A stretch of 63,181 bases of DNA from Verrucomicrobiales bacterium (GCA_046075565.1 JBJTQJ010000100.1:1-63181); one strand, 5' to 3'. Shown: positions 8,560 to 19,376, numbered from the stretch's first letter. Program-made: numbers and translations. Notes: a model not told the origin generated them from the letters alone.

Positions 8560-9819
8560 TCACGGCTGTTTCCCCGCCTTCAGCATGGCGAGATTCGCCT
8601 CGGCGAAGTTTTTGCCCATGAGGGCGAAAGTTTTCGCGCAGCCGAGGTAGTGGTAGCCGGCGTTGGAGGCGCCGCGTTTCCAAAGGGCGACTTCGGCTGG
8701 GCTGATGAGATCGGCCTCGAATTTCTTCAGATATTCCTTTTTCTGCTCATCGGTCATCTGACCGTTGGCATTGGCGTGGTCCTTGTGTTTCGAATCGAGG
8801 AAGTGACCCATCTGGCGGATCTTCCCGCGCTTTTCATCAATGGCTCCCAGTTCATCGGACCAGAAGGGCGCGGTCGGCACGGCGGTAACATTGCCTTTGA
8901 ACTCGGGCAGATCCGCCGGAGCGGCCATCGCTTGCCGGAAGGTGACCATCGAATGGGATTCATCCTTCAGTCCGCCCACGCCCATCACGCCGATGACGAA
9001 GGGCATCTTGGGAGCATTGAGGTCCTTGCGCACATCACGGATGAATTGGGCAAGCAGTTCGGAATACATCGCGTAGCGATCAGGTTGGTTGTGCCGTGGA
9101 TAGACCTGGCCATCCACCATGTCATTGAAGCCTTGGAGCCACGCGAATCCGGCCAGTTTATATCCTTGGGCGGCATCGTAGTCCGGAACGACCAGTTTTG
9201 GATCGGCAAGAGTCTTTTTCACGTGGTCTATCATCAGACGATAATAGACCCCGGTGGCCTGCACTTTGTCGGCATTCCATTTCGGACGTTCTTCGACTTT
9301 GGGAATCCCGTGAGCCCCTTGGGGATGTTTTTCCCAAAGCTCCTGGGTTTCCTTTGGCATCACGAAGGGGCCGGCACTGGGTGGACGGAAATCGGTATGC
9401 AGGCTCTTGCCTCCCCAGGCGGCCTTGATGATGAGCACCGGTTCCGCGAATTCCTCATCCATGGCCAGACCAAAGGTGAATTCCGGACCGATTTTATCGC
9501 CGGGTTTCGACGGATCCTGACCCCACATCGAGCCGTATCCGGAGGTAAGTTTGCCGGAGAGCGTGAAATTCTTGTCGTTGGCCCCGGTAAGATAGGAAAT
9601 CCATGCTCCATCTGCGACGGTGGGTTTTCCGTCGGCTCCCTGCATCTTCTTTAGCAGGGGAACGGTGGCCGGGTCGTCGCCGAGATAATCGAAGGTGCTG
9701 ATGTTCGCCGGGCCCTCCATGTTGGATTGTCCGGCAAGGATGAAGACCTTGAGGGGTTTGGCGTGCAGACCGCCGAGGCTGAGGAGGAGAAACGGCAACG
9801 CGAGGATGGATTTTTTCAT
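8560..9819 (-). CDS. Secreted SASA/SGNH-family esterase
   Basis: Signal peptide MKKSILALPFLL; KVFILAGQSNM, IGPEFTFG, KAAWGG, WLQGFND, GYHY. Confidence 0.85.
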   Translation of the reverse strand: MKKSILALPFLLLSLGGLHAKPLKVFILAGQSNMEGPANISTFDYLGDDPATVPLLKKMQGADGKPTVADGAWISYLTGANDKNFTLSGKLTSGYGSMWGQDPSKPGDKIGPEFTFGLAMDEEFAEPVLIIKAAWGGKSLHTDFRPPSAGPFVMPKETQELWEKHPQGAHGIPKVEERPKWNADKVQATGVYYRLMIDHVKKTLADPKLVVPDYDAAQGYKLAGFAWLQGFNDMVDGQVYPRHNQPDRYAMYSELLAQFIRDVRKDLNAPKMPFVIGVMGVGGLKDESHSMVTFRQAMAAPADLPEFKGNVTAVPTAPFWSDELGAIDEKRGKIRQMGHFLDSKHKDHANANGQMTDEQKKEYLKKFEADLISPAEVALWKRGASNAGYHYLGCAKTFALMGKNFAEANLAMLKAGKQP

Positions 9820-9947
9820 GGTAAGCGGAGTTGCAGATGGGAATCGGTCGAACGTAATACGCCTCAAGTCCAGAACCTTTGTCAGGAGTTGGCTGGTCCA
9901 TGGAATCATGCTTGAATCCTTGGATGAACCCATGGACACTGGAAGCC

Positions 9948-10961
9948 ATGCCGGAGAAAGATGTCACCATGGCAGCGGGCGGGGGAAAATGCCTCCGGAC
10001 CGTGGGGGAGGCATTGTCCGCGGCCGGGCTGATCCCCGGGCAGAAGTTGCTGGTGGGCGTCTCCGGTGGGTGTGATTCGGTGGTTCTTCTCGACATTCTG
10101 CGGTCGCTTGGTTATGGCGTGTTGGTTGCCCATGTGAACCATCGACTGCGCGGAAACGAGTCGGAAACGGATGCCGAGTTTGTGTGCTGGCTGGCCGGAA
10201 CAGACGAGTGTCACATCATGCGCCGCGATGTGGCGGCCCACGCCCGGAAAAGTGGAGTATCGATTGAGACGGCCGGCCGCGATGTTCGGCGCGCTTGTTT
10301 CGCCCGTATTGCCCGAGCGACCGGGATTCACCATCTCGCGCTCGCCCACCATGCCGATGACCAGGCGGAAACCATGCTCTGGAATCTGGCCCGGGGTTGT
10401 GGTCTCGGTGGCTTGGCCGGGATGGCTCCGGCGGAGAAACAATCATTCTCCCGCGGGTGTGAGTTGGTGGTCCTTCGGCCCCTGCTCTCACTGCGGAGGA
10501 ACGAACTGGTCGCGTATGCGAGAGCCCGCGGGCTGGTCTGGCGTGAAGATGCGAGCAATCTCGAGCGGGAATTTACCCGCAACCGCTTGCGGCATGATGT
10601 TCTTCCCGTCCTTGCCGAGGCAAGCGGACGCGATCCGGTGCCGGCAATGGCCAGGCTGGCCAGCATCGTGTCCGATGAAGATGAATTTCTCGACCGATTC
10701 GCCGCCGAGGCTTTGGCAAAGCTTGTCGTGGAGAAGCATTGTCTGGAAGTCGCCGGATTACGCGCCCTCCCGGTGGCCATCGCCCGGCGGGTGCTCCTGC
10801 TCTGGTTGGGTTCCATTGCGGCGTCCGCCCCGAGCTTCCGGGAAATCGAGGCCGCGCTCGCCATGGTCCGGTCCTCCGGCCCTCCATCGCGAGTCAATCT
10901 AACGAGTGGGTGTCACCTCGCGCGCAGGCAGAAGCGCCTGTGGTTCGAGAGAGGAAAGTAG
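9948..10961 (+). CDS. tilS: tRNA(Ile)-lysidine synthetase (start uncertain)
   Basis: VGVSGGCDS PP-loop, HVNHRLRG, AHHADDQAET, RPLL, EDASN, RNRLRH. Confidence 0.93.
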   Translation: MPEKDVTMAAGGGKCLRTVGEALSAAGLIPGQKLLVGVSGGCDSVVLLDILRSLGYGVLVAHVNHRLRGNESETDAEFVCWLAGTDECHIMRRDVAAHARKSGVSIETAGRDVRRACFARIARATGIHHLALAHHADDQAETMLWNLARGCGLGGLAGMAPAEKQSFSRGCELVVLRPLLSLRRNELVAYARARGLVWREDASNLEREFTRNRLRHDVLPVLAEASGRDPVPAMARLASIVSDEDEFLDRFAAEALAKLVVEKHCLEVAGLRALPVAIARRVLLLWLGSIAASAPSFREIEAALAMVRSSGPPSRVNLTSGCHLARRQKRLWFERGK

Positions 10962-10977
10962 GCGTTGGAGATCGGAT

Positions 10978-12543
10978 TCAAGGCTTGGCCGCCGCGAGTG
11001 GACGGCTGCGGCCTTCTGCCTTCGACTTCTCGAGAAGTGCCTTCATTTCCTTGACGATTTCCGGGTGCTTGAAATACAGGTTTTCTTTCTCCCCGGGGTC
11101 GGCATCGAGGTTGTAGAGCTGACCCGGGGCATCGGGGGCGCTATCGGCACGGGCAAGGGAACGGAATTCCTTCTTTTCGTAATTGTTTCCGCCGGAGCCG
11201 CGATGGTCGAGGTATTTCCATGGTCCGCGGCGGATGGCCAGGGCAAGACTGACGGTTTGATGCAAGGTATAGGGGCGAACCGGAGCAGTCGCTTGTTGGC
11301 CGAGAAACACGGGGAGAAAATCAAAACTGTCCTCCGCTGCGTTGTCCGGGATCCGAGCCCCGGTGATGGCGGCACAGGTGGCCATGACATCGGTCAGGCT
11401 GAACGTCTGATCGCTCTTGATTCCCGCGGCGATTTTCTGAGGCCAGCGGACGATGAATGGCACGCGATGCCCGCCTTCCCATTGGTCCCGCTTCACCCCA
11501 TGCCATGGTCTTGCGCCATCGTGGTCGTGGTCTTTGCGCATCTGTATCACGGTTTCGATTTCCGGACCATTATCGCTCGAAAACATGACGATCGTGTTGT
11601 CGGCGAATCCGAGTCGATCGAGGGTTTTCATCAGGTCGCCCACGATATGGTCGAGTTCATTGATGAAATCCCCATGCGGCCCGGCTTTGGTGCTTCCCTT
11701 GAATTCTTTTGATGCGAACGAAGGCAAATGGACCGCATTCATCGAATGAAAAAGAAAGAAGGGTTTCGCCGGATGATTCCGCGCGTGCTGTTCGAGAAAC
11801 TCCTTGCTCTTCTCGAGGAAAACCTGGTCGAGGGTTTCAACATCAAAACCGGGTGCGATGAGGCCGTCGCGGTTGTCGAAGGCATAGGGGTGTTTGGGAA
11901 GCTTCGACTTGTCGAGTTTTCCGGTTGGCGGAACCGGGATACGATCGCCATCGATGAAGGCATAAAGAAAATCCGTGCCCGGACAGCAGGCGGTTCCGAA
12001 GAACCGGTCGAAACCACGGTGGATCGGTCCATCGGGAATCGGGCGAGAGTAGTCGATTTTTTTCACGCCCGCAATTCCGCCCGCGGTGATTGGTTGTCCG
12101 GCCTTGTCGAGAAAGGTAAGGCCGACATGCCACTTGCCGCTCATGGCGGTGGTATATCCGCGGTCACGCAACATGCCGGGCAGGGTTAATTGGTCGGCTT
12201 GAATCAAACAGGGACCTTCCGTGCCTTGGAAAACACTTTTGTAATTGATCCGGAAAGCCATTTTGCCCGTGAGCAGGCTGTAGCGGCTCGGCGTGCAGAC
12301 CGTGGAAGGCGAGTGGGCATCGGTGAAGCGCATGCCTTCACTGGCGAGTCGGTCGAGATTCGGTGTTGGAATCTTGGCGGCGTCATTATAGCAGCTCAAG
12401 TCGCCATATCCGATATCATCGGCGAGGATAAAGAGAATATTCGGCCGGGCCAGGGGTGTCCGATCCGCCTCCACTGCCCGGGCTTCATTGAGTGGCAAGA
12501 TAAGGGCAGCCGCTATCGAGTGGAATAGAAACAATCGATTCAT
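10978..12543 (-). CDS. Secreted formylglycine-dependent arylsulfatase (S1)
   Basis: PNILFILADDIGYGD, CTPSR, GKWH, SSDNG, EGGHRVPF, LYNLDADPGE. Confidence 0.93.
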   Translation of the reverse strand: MNRLFLFHSIAAALILPLNEARAVEADRTPLARPNILFILADDIGYGDLSCYNDAAKIPTPNLDRLASEGMRFTDAHSPSTVCTPSRYSLLTGKMAFRINYKSVFQGTEGPCLIQADQLTLPGMLRDRGYTTAMSGKWHVGLTFLDKAGQPITAGGIAGVKKIDYSRPIPDGPIHRGFDRFFGTACCPGTDFLYAFIDGDRIPVPPTGKLDKSKLPKHPYAFDNRDGLIAPGFDVETLDQVFLEKSKEFLEQHARNHPAKPFFLFHSMNAVHLPSFASKEFKGSTKAGPHGDFINELDHIVGDLMKTLDRLGFADNTIVMFSSDNGPEIETVIQMRKDHDHDGARPWHGVKRDQWEGGHRVPFIVRWPQKIAAGIKSDQTFSLTDVMATCAAITGARIPDNAAEDSFDFLPVFLGQQATAPVRPYTLHQTVSLALAIRRGPWKYLDHRGSGGNNYEKKEFRSLARADSAPDAPGQLYNLDADPGEKENLYFKHPEIVKEMKALLEKSKAEGRSRPLAAAKP

Positions 12544-12771
12544 GGTTCCAAAGGGAAGAATGAGGCTAGTGTAGCTCGCCAGAAGGGGAGCAGCTTGTGG
12601 TTTTTTGGAAAACTATAAAATGTTTCTCTCTCAACGCGGTTCAAGGGAATGGTTTTTCACGTTAGCATATGGCGTTTGGTGATCTTGCGAAAATCGCCAT
12701 GGGAGCAGTGAATCGGGCCGGAAAAGCATGGCGTTGCGAAAGGATGGGGAAAACGCCGCGTAACGGGTTTC

Positions 12772-14076
12772 ATGCGCGTTCGCCACCGGCTTGTCCTCCT
12801 TTTCGCACCGCTGCTTCTGGTAGCGGACGCGTCCGGACAGGTCGGGGTGGACAATGCGGCGACTTTCGGGCCCGAACGCCCGCTCTCGGCGAGTTCCTAC
12901 ACTCTCGGCTTGCCAATCCAGCCCCTTCCCACCAACGCGCCCGTGCAGACGGTGCGCCCTCCGACGCGCATCGGTGCGCCGATGTCGGCGCAGGTGATGG
13001 TGGGCCGTCTGCACGGGAATGCGGCCTTCGGAGATGATGATGCGCAATTGGCCAGCCTTGATTACGATTCCCGCCTCGCCTTTTCGTTATTCGATGGTCC
13101 GGAGTCCGTCTTCTTCGACAACCTGCAGTTTCTCAATCGTCTCCGGCTGGCCTTGGAAACCGGACCAAGGTCTTCCCTGCAACTGGATGTTTTTGATCGC
13201 TGGGACTTCGCCCGGGATCTGTTGGCCCGTGCTCCGGTCCCGCATCTTCCCGAGATTCGACGGCTTTTGTGGCAATGGAATGCCAGTGATGGGATGGGAG
13301 GGCTCACCATCGGCCGCCAGCGACTGACCACCTCCGGGAACAGGAGCATCGGATCGTTGTCATGGATGCCCGACATGCAGGTCTTTGATGGCGTGCGCCT
13401 TGATCTCGGGAGGGAAAAAGATTTCGGCCGATTCACCTTCGGGGCATTCATTGATCAGGCGTTTGTCACCGCGTATCATGCCGGGCCATCCCTGGAGGAA
13501 GAACCATTTCTGTTAGCGGCCTGGTCGTGGGTGGATGCCGAATTTGGAACTTTCCGCACCCACGCCCGCTTCAATCCCTCGGCTGCGGATGTCCCATGGC
13601 TCGGGGCCTCGTGGGAGACTGGCTTGAAGAAGAAAAATGCCGCCACCTACCGTGTGGACGCACTCGCCCGCGCGGGAAGCGTGGAGGAGTCGGGATCTCC
13701 ATGGCATCTCTCGTTGCACCGGCAGCGGAAAGCCTGGGGCTGGCACATGGGTGCCGAGCGGATCGCCACCGATGATTCGGGACGACATGTCTCGGCGACT
13801 CCCGGCACTTTCCGTTATCTCCCATCGGGCCTCGAAGACGATAGCCTGAACTTCTTCTTCGGTATCGACTACCGGCTGAATCAAGGCGCGCTGGCATCGA
13901 TCATCTTGCAGCACATTGAGGAGATGGATGCCGGAGGGGCCGATGTGATCGAAGCCGCGGTGCGTCATCCGATTTCACCATCGGCAGCTTTGATCGCCGG
14001 AGCAGGCTGCGGACGGGAACAGGAAAGCGGAGAGTTGATACTCCGCACCGAAGTGCAGCTTCTCGCCGTGTTCTGA
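12772..14076 (+). CDS. Putative outer-membrane beta-barrel (alginate-export-like)
   Basis: Signal peptide; LTIGRQ, FDGVRL, amphipathic strands, C-terminal Phe. Confidence 0.55.
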   Translation: MRVRHRLVLLFAPLLLVADASGQVGVDNAATFGPERPLSASSYTLGLPIQPLPTNAPVQTVRPPTRIGAPMSAQVMVGRLHGNAAFGDDDAQLASLDYDSRLAFSLFDGPESVFFDNLQFLNRLRLALETGPRSSLQLDVFDRWDFARDLLARAPVPHLPEIRRLLWQWNASDGMGGLTIGRQRLTTSGNRSIGSLSWMPDMQVFDGVRLDLGREKDFGRFTFGAFIDQAFVTAYHAGPSLEEEPFLLAAWSWVDAEFGTFRTHARFNPSAADVPWLGASWETGLKKKNAATYRVDALARAGSVEESGSPWHLSLHRQRKAWGWHMGAERIATDDSGRHVSATPGTFRYLPSGLEDDSLNFFFGIDYRLNQGALASIILQHIEEMDAGGADVIEAAVRHPISPSAALIAGAGCGREQESGELILRTEVQLLAVF

Positions 14077-14082
14077 GGATAC

Positions 14083-15813
14083 TTACTCCGGATTCTCCAG
14101 GAAATCGCGTTTCGCCAGAGTGGCGTAGTGGCCATCCAATTCGAGGAGTTGGTCGTGAGTGCCCTGTTCGATGACCTGGCCTTGGTCGAGCACGTAGATA
14201 CGGTCGGCATTGCGCACCGTGGAAAGACGATGGGCGATGACAAAAGCCGTGCGATTGGCCATGAGGCGTTCGAGGGCCTGTTGGATCAGACGCTCCGTCT
14301 CCGTGTCCACGCTGGCGGTGGCCTCGTCGAGCAGGAGCAGGGGAGGGTTCTTCAAAATCGCCCGGGCGATGGAAAGTCTCTGGCGTTCGCCTACGGACAA
14401 CTTCACGCCGCGTTCTCCGACAATGGTGTCGAGACGGCCGGGCAGACGTTCGACGAAAAGATGGGCATTCGCAGCCCGCAGTGCGTCCATTATCTCTTCT
14501 TGGGTGGCATCCCTTTTTCCTAGCAAAAGATTCTCTTTGACCGTGCCATTGAAGAGAAAGGATTCCTGCGTCACATAGCCGATGGCATCGCGCAGGCTGG
14601 GTTTGGCGATTTCCGAGACTTCCTCTCCGTCGATCCGTATGCTTCCTCCGTCGTATTCGTAGAAGCGGGTGAGCAGGTTGATGACGGTGGATTTTCCGGC
14701 ACCCGTGGTCCCGACAAGGGCAATGGTCTGGCCGGGCTGGGCTTCCAGGCTGATGCCGCGCAGGGTGGGTCGGTCGGCGTAGGAAAAGGTTACATCGCGG
14801 AAGACGACATGACCTTTCCAAGCCTCGCGCGGAAGGCGGCGGCCGTGGTCCATATGAGTCTCTTCCTCGGCGTCCAGAATGGCAAAGACCCGCTCGGCGG
14901 CGGCACGTCCGGACTGCAAGAGTTGATTGAGGCTGTGCAACCTCCCAATCGGCTCATAAAAGTATCCGAGCAGGAATAGGAAACTGACCAGATTGCCGGC
15001 GGTCATTTTTCCGTCCATGACAAGCATGCCTCCATAACCGGTGACAATGAGGATGCCCAAGGTGCCCATGGCGAACATCGCCGGTTGATAGATGCCCCAC
15101 GCGAACATCGCCTTGAGGCTGGCTTGCCGGAGTTTGTCCGAGGCGGCATTGAAGCGATCGTGTTCGGCCGGTTCGGCGGTGTAGCTTTTGATTTGCCGGA
15201 TGCCCGCGAGGTTATCGTGCAGGAGGGCGTTCATGTCGCCGGCGGCTTTTTTCACACGACGCCAGCGTTTGGCCGAGATGCGGGTGTAAATGAGAGCTCC
15301 GGCGGCAATCATGGGAATCGGAATGAGCAGCGCGGCCGCGAGCTGCGAGTTCATGGAGAACATGAAGGCACCGACAGCGAGCACCTGCAATGAGGCCACC
15401 AGCCCGGTCTCGATGCCGTCAATGAGCACGCGCTCCATGGCGGGGACATCTTCGGTCACCCGGGTCATGAGGTCTCCACTGCGCTGGTTGTCGAACCATT
15501 TGAGCGGCAGATGCTGGAGCTTGGCGTAAAGATCGCTCCGCAGATCGTAGATGACCTTCTGCTCGAAGACATTGTTGAGGATGATGCGGAAAGCATTGAA
15601 GACCTCGCGTCCGATGAGCCCGAAGCCCATGAGCAGGAGAGATTTGAAAAGGAGGTCCCGGTCGCCGGTGGGGAGGACCTCGTCGATCACCACCTTGGTC
15701 TGGGCCGGGCTGATAATCACCACCACGGCCATCAAGGCGGCGAAAAAGAGCTGCAACCCGCCGAGAAACGGGTAGCGCTTCAAATAGGAAAATACCCTCC
15801 AGACGCTCACCAC
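14083..15813 (-). CDS. ABC exporter, fused permease/ATPase (MsbA/Sav1866-like)
   Basis: N-terminal TM domain; GTTGAGKS, LSVGERQR, LLLDEATAS, IAHRLST. Confidence 0.93.
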   Translation of the reverse strand: MVSVWRVFSYLKRYPFLGGLQLFFAALMAVVVIISPAQTKVVIDEVLPTGDRDLLFKSLLLMGFGLIGREVFNAFRIILNNVFEQKVIYDLRSDLYAKLQHLPLKWFDNQRSGDLMTRVTEDVPAMERVLIDGIETGLVASLQVLAVGAFMFSMNSQLAAALLIPIPMIAAGALIYTRISAKRWRRVKKAAGDMNALLHDNLAGIRQIKSYTAEPAEHDRFNAASDKLRQASLKAMFAWGIYQPAMFAMGTLGILIVTGYGGMLVMDGKMTAGNLVSFLFLLGYFYEPIGRLHSLNQLLQSGRAAAERVFAILDAEEETHMDHGRRLPREAWKGHVVFRDVTFSYADRPTLRGISLEAQPGQTIALVGTTGAGKSTVINLLTRFYEYDGGSIRIDGEEVSEIAKPSLRDAIGYVTQESFLFNGTVKENLLLGKRDATQEEIMDALRAANAHLFVERLPGRLDTIVGERGVKLSVGERQRLSIARAILKNPPLLLLDEATASVDTETERLIQQALERLMANRTAFVIAHRLSTVRNADRIYVLDQGQVIEQGTHDQLLELDGHYATLAKRDFLENPE

Positions 15814-15969
15814 GGCACTTTGCCGAGCATCCGTTCCCGCGCAAGGATCGAGCCTTTTTTCCGGGGCAACTTCTCAATGGTCCGTGGAAATTCCAACAAA
15901 ACTGGAAAAAGTGCGTCAAAATCGTTCCAGTGCTTGCATTCCTTGCATAAATTGCTTATTACAGACACC

Positions 15970-16806
15970 GTGACTATCAAAACTTTCCCAAGAATTTCGC
16001 CGGGGTTCGGTTCCCGGGTCCGCAGCGTCCTGCTGCTCGCCCTGGCGGTGCCGCTTGTCTCCTGCCAGTCCAGCAAAAGTGGGGGCCGGCAAGTGATGAC
16101 TTCCGCACCCGCCGGAGGCGACGCCGCTTCGATTTTCCGCTCGGTGCGCTTGACGCAAAACATGATTCCGGCGGGCAAACACGGGCGCTGGAAAGCCCGC
16201 CCCATGAATCCGCGCTACATCACGATTCATTCGACGCAGAACTTCGACTCATCGGCTGATGCGACACAGCATTGCCGGGCGCTGCAAAATGGTTCCCTGC
16301 GCGGCAACAACAGCCTCGGTTACCTGACCTGGCACTTCACGACCGACGACAACAAAGGCATCCAGCATCTTCCCGCCAATGAACGGGGTGAACACGCCGA
16401 CTTCGATGGTCCGGGTAACCGCTATTCCATTGGGATCGAGATGTGCGAGAACCGGGGGTCGAATCGCGCCGTAACCGTGGATCGCACGGCGCGTTTGACC
16501 GCGATTCTCATGCATGCCTACGATATCCCGCTGCGTAACGTCGTGCCGCATTACCACTGGCCGAGATACAAATACAAAGACAATCCACACAAGAATTGTC
16601 CGCACTTCCTGCTCGACAACGGACGGCCCGGCAAGACCTGGAAAACTTACCTCGCTCGTGTGGAGCATTACCAGAAAATCGTCCGCCAAGGATCCGGAGG
16701 TGCCGGGATGATGGGCGGCGGCACTGGCGGACCTAATCCGAAAGCTCTCCAAGCCTATTTCGAGCGTGGTACCATGGTCAGACGTTCGTTCTTCGCCGCG
16801 AATTGA
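15970..16806 (+). CDS. N-acetylmuramoyl-L-alanine amidase (Amidase_2), probable lipoprotein
   Basis: Lipobox LVSC; ITIHST, WHFTTD, SIGIEMC, VVPH, KNCP; start moved to GTG 15970. Confidence 0.85.
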   Translation: MTIKTFPRISPGFGSRVRSVLLLALAVPLVSCQSSKSGGRQVMTSAPAGGDAASIFRSVRLTQNMIPAGKHGRWKARPMNPRYITIHSTQNFDSSADATQHCRALQNGSLRGNNSLGYLTWHFTTDDNKGIQHLPANERGEHADFDGPGNRYSIGIEMCENRGSNRAVTVDRTARLTAILMHAYDIPLRNVVPHYHWPRYKYKDNPHKNCPHFLLDNGRPGKTWKTYLARVEHYQKIVRQGSGGAGMMGGGTGGPNPKALQAYFERGTMVRRSFFAAN

Positions 16807-16839
16807 TCCGGGGCCTATGACGTCCCGAACTTCCGAACC

Positions 16840-18021
16840 TCAGCAACCGACGGGTTCCTTTGCCCTCTCCCGCAATTCGTGCCATATCCTCGTCGCGAAG
16901 GTATCGGGAAGCTCGACATCATCGAGAGTGAGAACATCTCCGGGCTGGACACGGCGGCGGATTTTCGAGCCCGCAAGAAGCCCCAGCGGGGCGGCATCCG
17001 GGATTTCCGCGAGCGCGAAGGCTTCGCCGCGGGCTTTGTTGCCACCATGACCGCGGACCACGTTTTCGCCGGCTTCGAGCTTGCGTTTCGCGACGGCGCA
17101 AACACCCAACGTTGGATAGGCGCTGTTGTCGAGCAGCGGCGGACCACCCCGAAGGACGCGGCGGATCGTGCGCGGGGCCTCGAGGTGGCAGAGATGGTAG
17201 GGCCGCAGCAGAGTGTAGTAAGGCCCTTCGCCCATTTTTAGGTAACGCAGCACTTCCATGCCGGCATGCGGGTGTTCGGCGGTGATAAAAACTCCGGCCG
17301 GCAGGTGATGGTTCAGCAGATAATCCGCAATCGGTTTGCCCATGGTTTTGGCCCGGGAGGCCAGCAGTTCGCCGCCTTCCTTGAGGCTGAGGCCGGCCGG
17401 GCCAAGCAAGCCCCTCGTGATGATACCCGCACCGAGCCCGTTGCCAATGAACGCCTGTTCCATCTGGACCTTCGTGCCGTCGGTGAAACTCCTGACCTGT
17501 TGGATGCTGATGCCCTGTTGGCGCGACCAGTATTCCATTTCCTCATCCGTGGGATGATGGTTCAGGAAACCCTTGATGTTCCCGTAAACGAGCGGTCGGA
17601 AACCCATGTTCGTCACTTCCTCATGCAAGGCGGCCAAGGAGCCGGGCTGATCGCCCTCCGCTTCCGTGAGCATTCCTTTGCCGACAAACCACGAGCCTAC
17701 CGTGACGTGGAACTCGGTGCCGATGGTGACCACCGGCTTGCCAGCCGCCATGGCCGCGTGAATGACTTCCGCGCCATGGTGCACATCACCGCTGCATTCC
17801 ACAATCAGGTCGGAGGTATCGATCAATTCCTGAACGGAGTCGGTATAATTCTCCAGCGCAAGTCCCGAAAGCTCGGTCGGATTCCTCCGGGATAGCACCC
17901 GCGCCGGCCGCATGTCTGGTGCACCGGCCAGGATCGACAAAAGTCCGCAGGCGATAAAGCCGGTGCCCACCACCCCGATCCGTGCGGGGGTTTCGAGATT
18001 GAGGGGCAGATTTCGGAACAT
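16840..18021 (-). CDS. NAD(P)-dependent oxidoreductase, homoserine-dehydrogenase-like, with C-terminal SAF domain
   Basis: GVVGTG, EGDQPG, SFTDGTK, RPYHLCHLE, VAKRKL...PLGLL. Confidence 0.8.
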   Translation of the reverse strand: MFRNLPLNLETPARIGVVGTGFIACGLLSILAGAPDMRPARVLSRRNPTELSGLALENYTDSVQELIDTSDLIVECSGDVHHGAEVIHAAMAAGKPVVTIGTEFHVTVGSWFVGKGMLTEAEGDQPGSLAALHEEVTNMGFRPLVYGNIKGFLNHHPTDEEMEYWSRQQGISIQQVRSFTDGTKVQMEQAFIGNGLGAGIITRGLLGPAGLSLKEGGELLASRAKTMGKPIADYLLNHHLPAGVFITAEHPHAGMEVLRYLKMGEGPYYTLLRPYHLCHLEAPRTIRRVLRGGPPLLDNSAYPTLGVCAVAKRKLEAGENVVRGHGGNKARGEAFALAEIPDAAPLGLLAGSKIRRRVQPGDVLTLDDVELPDTFATRIWHELRERAKEPVGC

Positions 18022-18121
18022 TTCGGGATTGTCACCGATTGGAGGCATTTTGGCAACCACTTGGTGATCCGAAAGGTCAATTTCGGGGCGGCACGAACGT
18101 CGGTTTGCGGTATCTTCAAAA

Positions 18122-19294
18122 ATGCCCCACTTGGATAACAATGCCTCCACCCGGATGGACGAGACCGTCTTCCGGGCTATGGAAACTTGGCTGCGAAGCC
18201 GGAGCGGGGCCAATCCATCTTCCTTGCACCGGGCCGGGCGGGAGGCCCGCGCCGCCATCGAATTAGCCCGTGGCGAGGTGGCCAATCTTCTTGGGGCATC
18301 CCCGGAGTCCATCCTCCTGACCAGCGGAGCCAGCGAATCCATCACCACCGCCATCCACTCGGCCACCGCGCTCCAGCCACAGCGCCGGAAAATCCTCACC
18401 TCCGCCCTTGATCACGCCGCCACCCGGCGGGCCGCCGCCCTCGCCGTGGGTGATGAAAATGTGCTTCTTCTGCCACTGCGGGCCGATGGTTGCTACGATC
18501 TGGAAGCCTTGGCCACCATCCTGGCAGAAGAACGCGACCAGCTTGCGTTAGTCAGCCTCATCTGGGCCTCGAATGACACCGGCATCCTGCCCGGCCTCCC
18601 AGAGGCGGCAAGCATCATCAGCGCCGCCGGAGTCCCTGTGCACGCCGACGCCGTGCAAGCCGTCGGACGCATCCCCGTGGATGTCTCCTCCGTGCCGGTG
18701 GATTTCCTCTCCCTTTCCGGGCACAAAATCCATGGACCACCGGGCACGGGGGCGCTCTTTGTCCGCCCTGGTATTCGTTTCCGCCCCCTCATTCCCGGAG
18801 GAGGGCAGGAAAATGGCCGCCGTGGTGGCACGGAAAATGTCCCCGGGATTGTTGGGCTTGGCATGGCGGCACGCTTCGCCGCCGCCGGGCTCGCTGAAAT
18901 GCCCCGTCTGGAGAGTTGGCGCGATGAATTCGAGAAACGTCTGGCCGAAACCGTCGGGGAAACCGAAGTGATCGGCGGATCTTCGCCTCGCCTTCCCAAC
19001 ACCTCCTGTATGCGCTTTGGGGGAGCAGCATCTGCTGCCGCCCTCGTCCTGCTGGACGAGGCTGGGCTCGCCTGTTCGGCCGGTTCGGCCTGCACCAGTC
19101 ACTCGCCGGAGCCGCCCGCCGCCTTGCTTGCGCTCGGCCTCGACCGCGTCGCTGCGATGGAGACCCTGCGTTTTTCCCTTTCTCGTCTGACCGAGCGCGA
19201 GGAGCTTGAGCTAGCCCTGGAAATCATTCCCCGGGTGATGGTCAAAGTCCGGGCCGCCGGGGCATCGGTTGGCGGGGTCGTTAGAAAAAGCTGA
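18122..19294 (+). CDS. Group I cysteine desulfurase (IscS/NifS-like)
   Basis: LDNNAST, NPSSLH, HADAVQAVG, SGHK (PLP Lys), GTENVPG, SAGSAC. Confidence 0.9.
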   Translation: MPHLDNNASTRMDETVFRAMETWLRSRSGANPSSLHRAGREARAAIELARGEVANLLGASPESILLTSGASESITTAIHSATALQPQRRKILTSALDHAATRRAAALAVGDENVLLLPLRADGCYDLEALATILAEERDQLALVSLIWASNDTGILPGLPEAASIISAAGVPVHADAVQAVGRIPVDVSSVPVDFLSLSGHKIHGPPGTGALFVRPGIRFRPLIPGGGQENGRRGGTENVPGIVGLGMAARFAAAGLAEMPRLESWRDEFEKRLAETVGETEVIGGSSPRLPNTSCMRFGGAASAAALVLLDEAGLACSAGSACTSHSPEPPAALLALGLDRVAAMETLRFSLSRLTEREELELALEIIPRVMVKVRAAGASVGGVVRKS

Positions 19295-19376
19295 GATGTC
19301 TTGGGATTCCGGGTGGAACGTGCAGGGCTCATTTCAGGGTTGCCCTTCCGGCGGGTTGGATGGACATTCGCGACCG

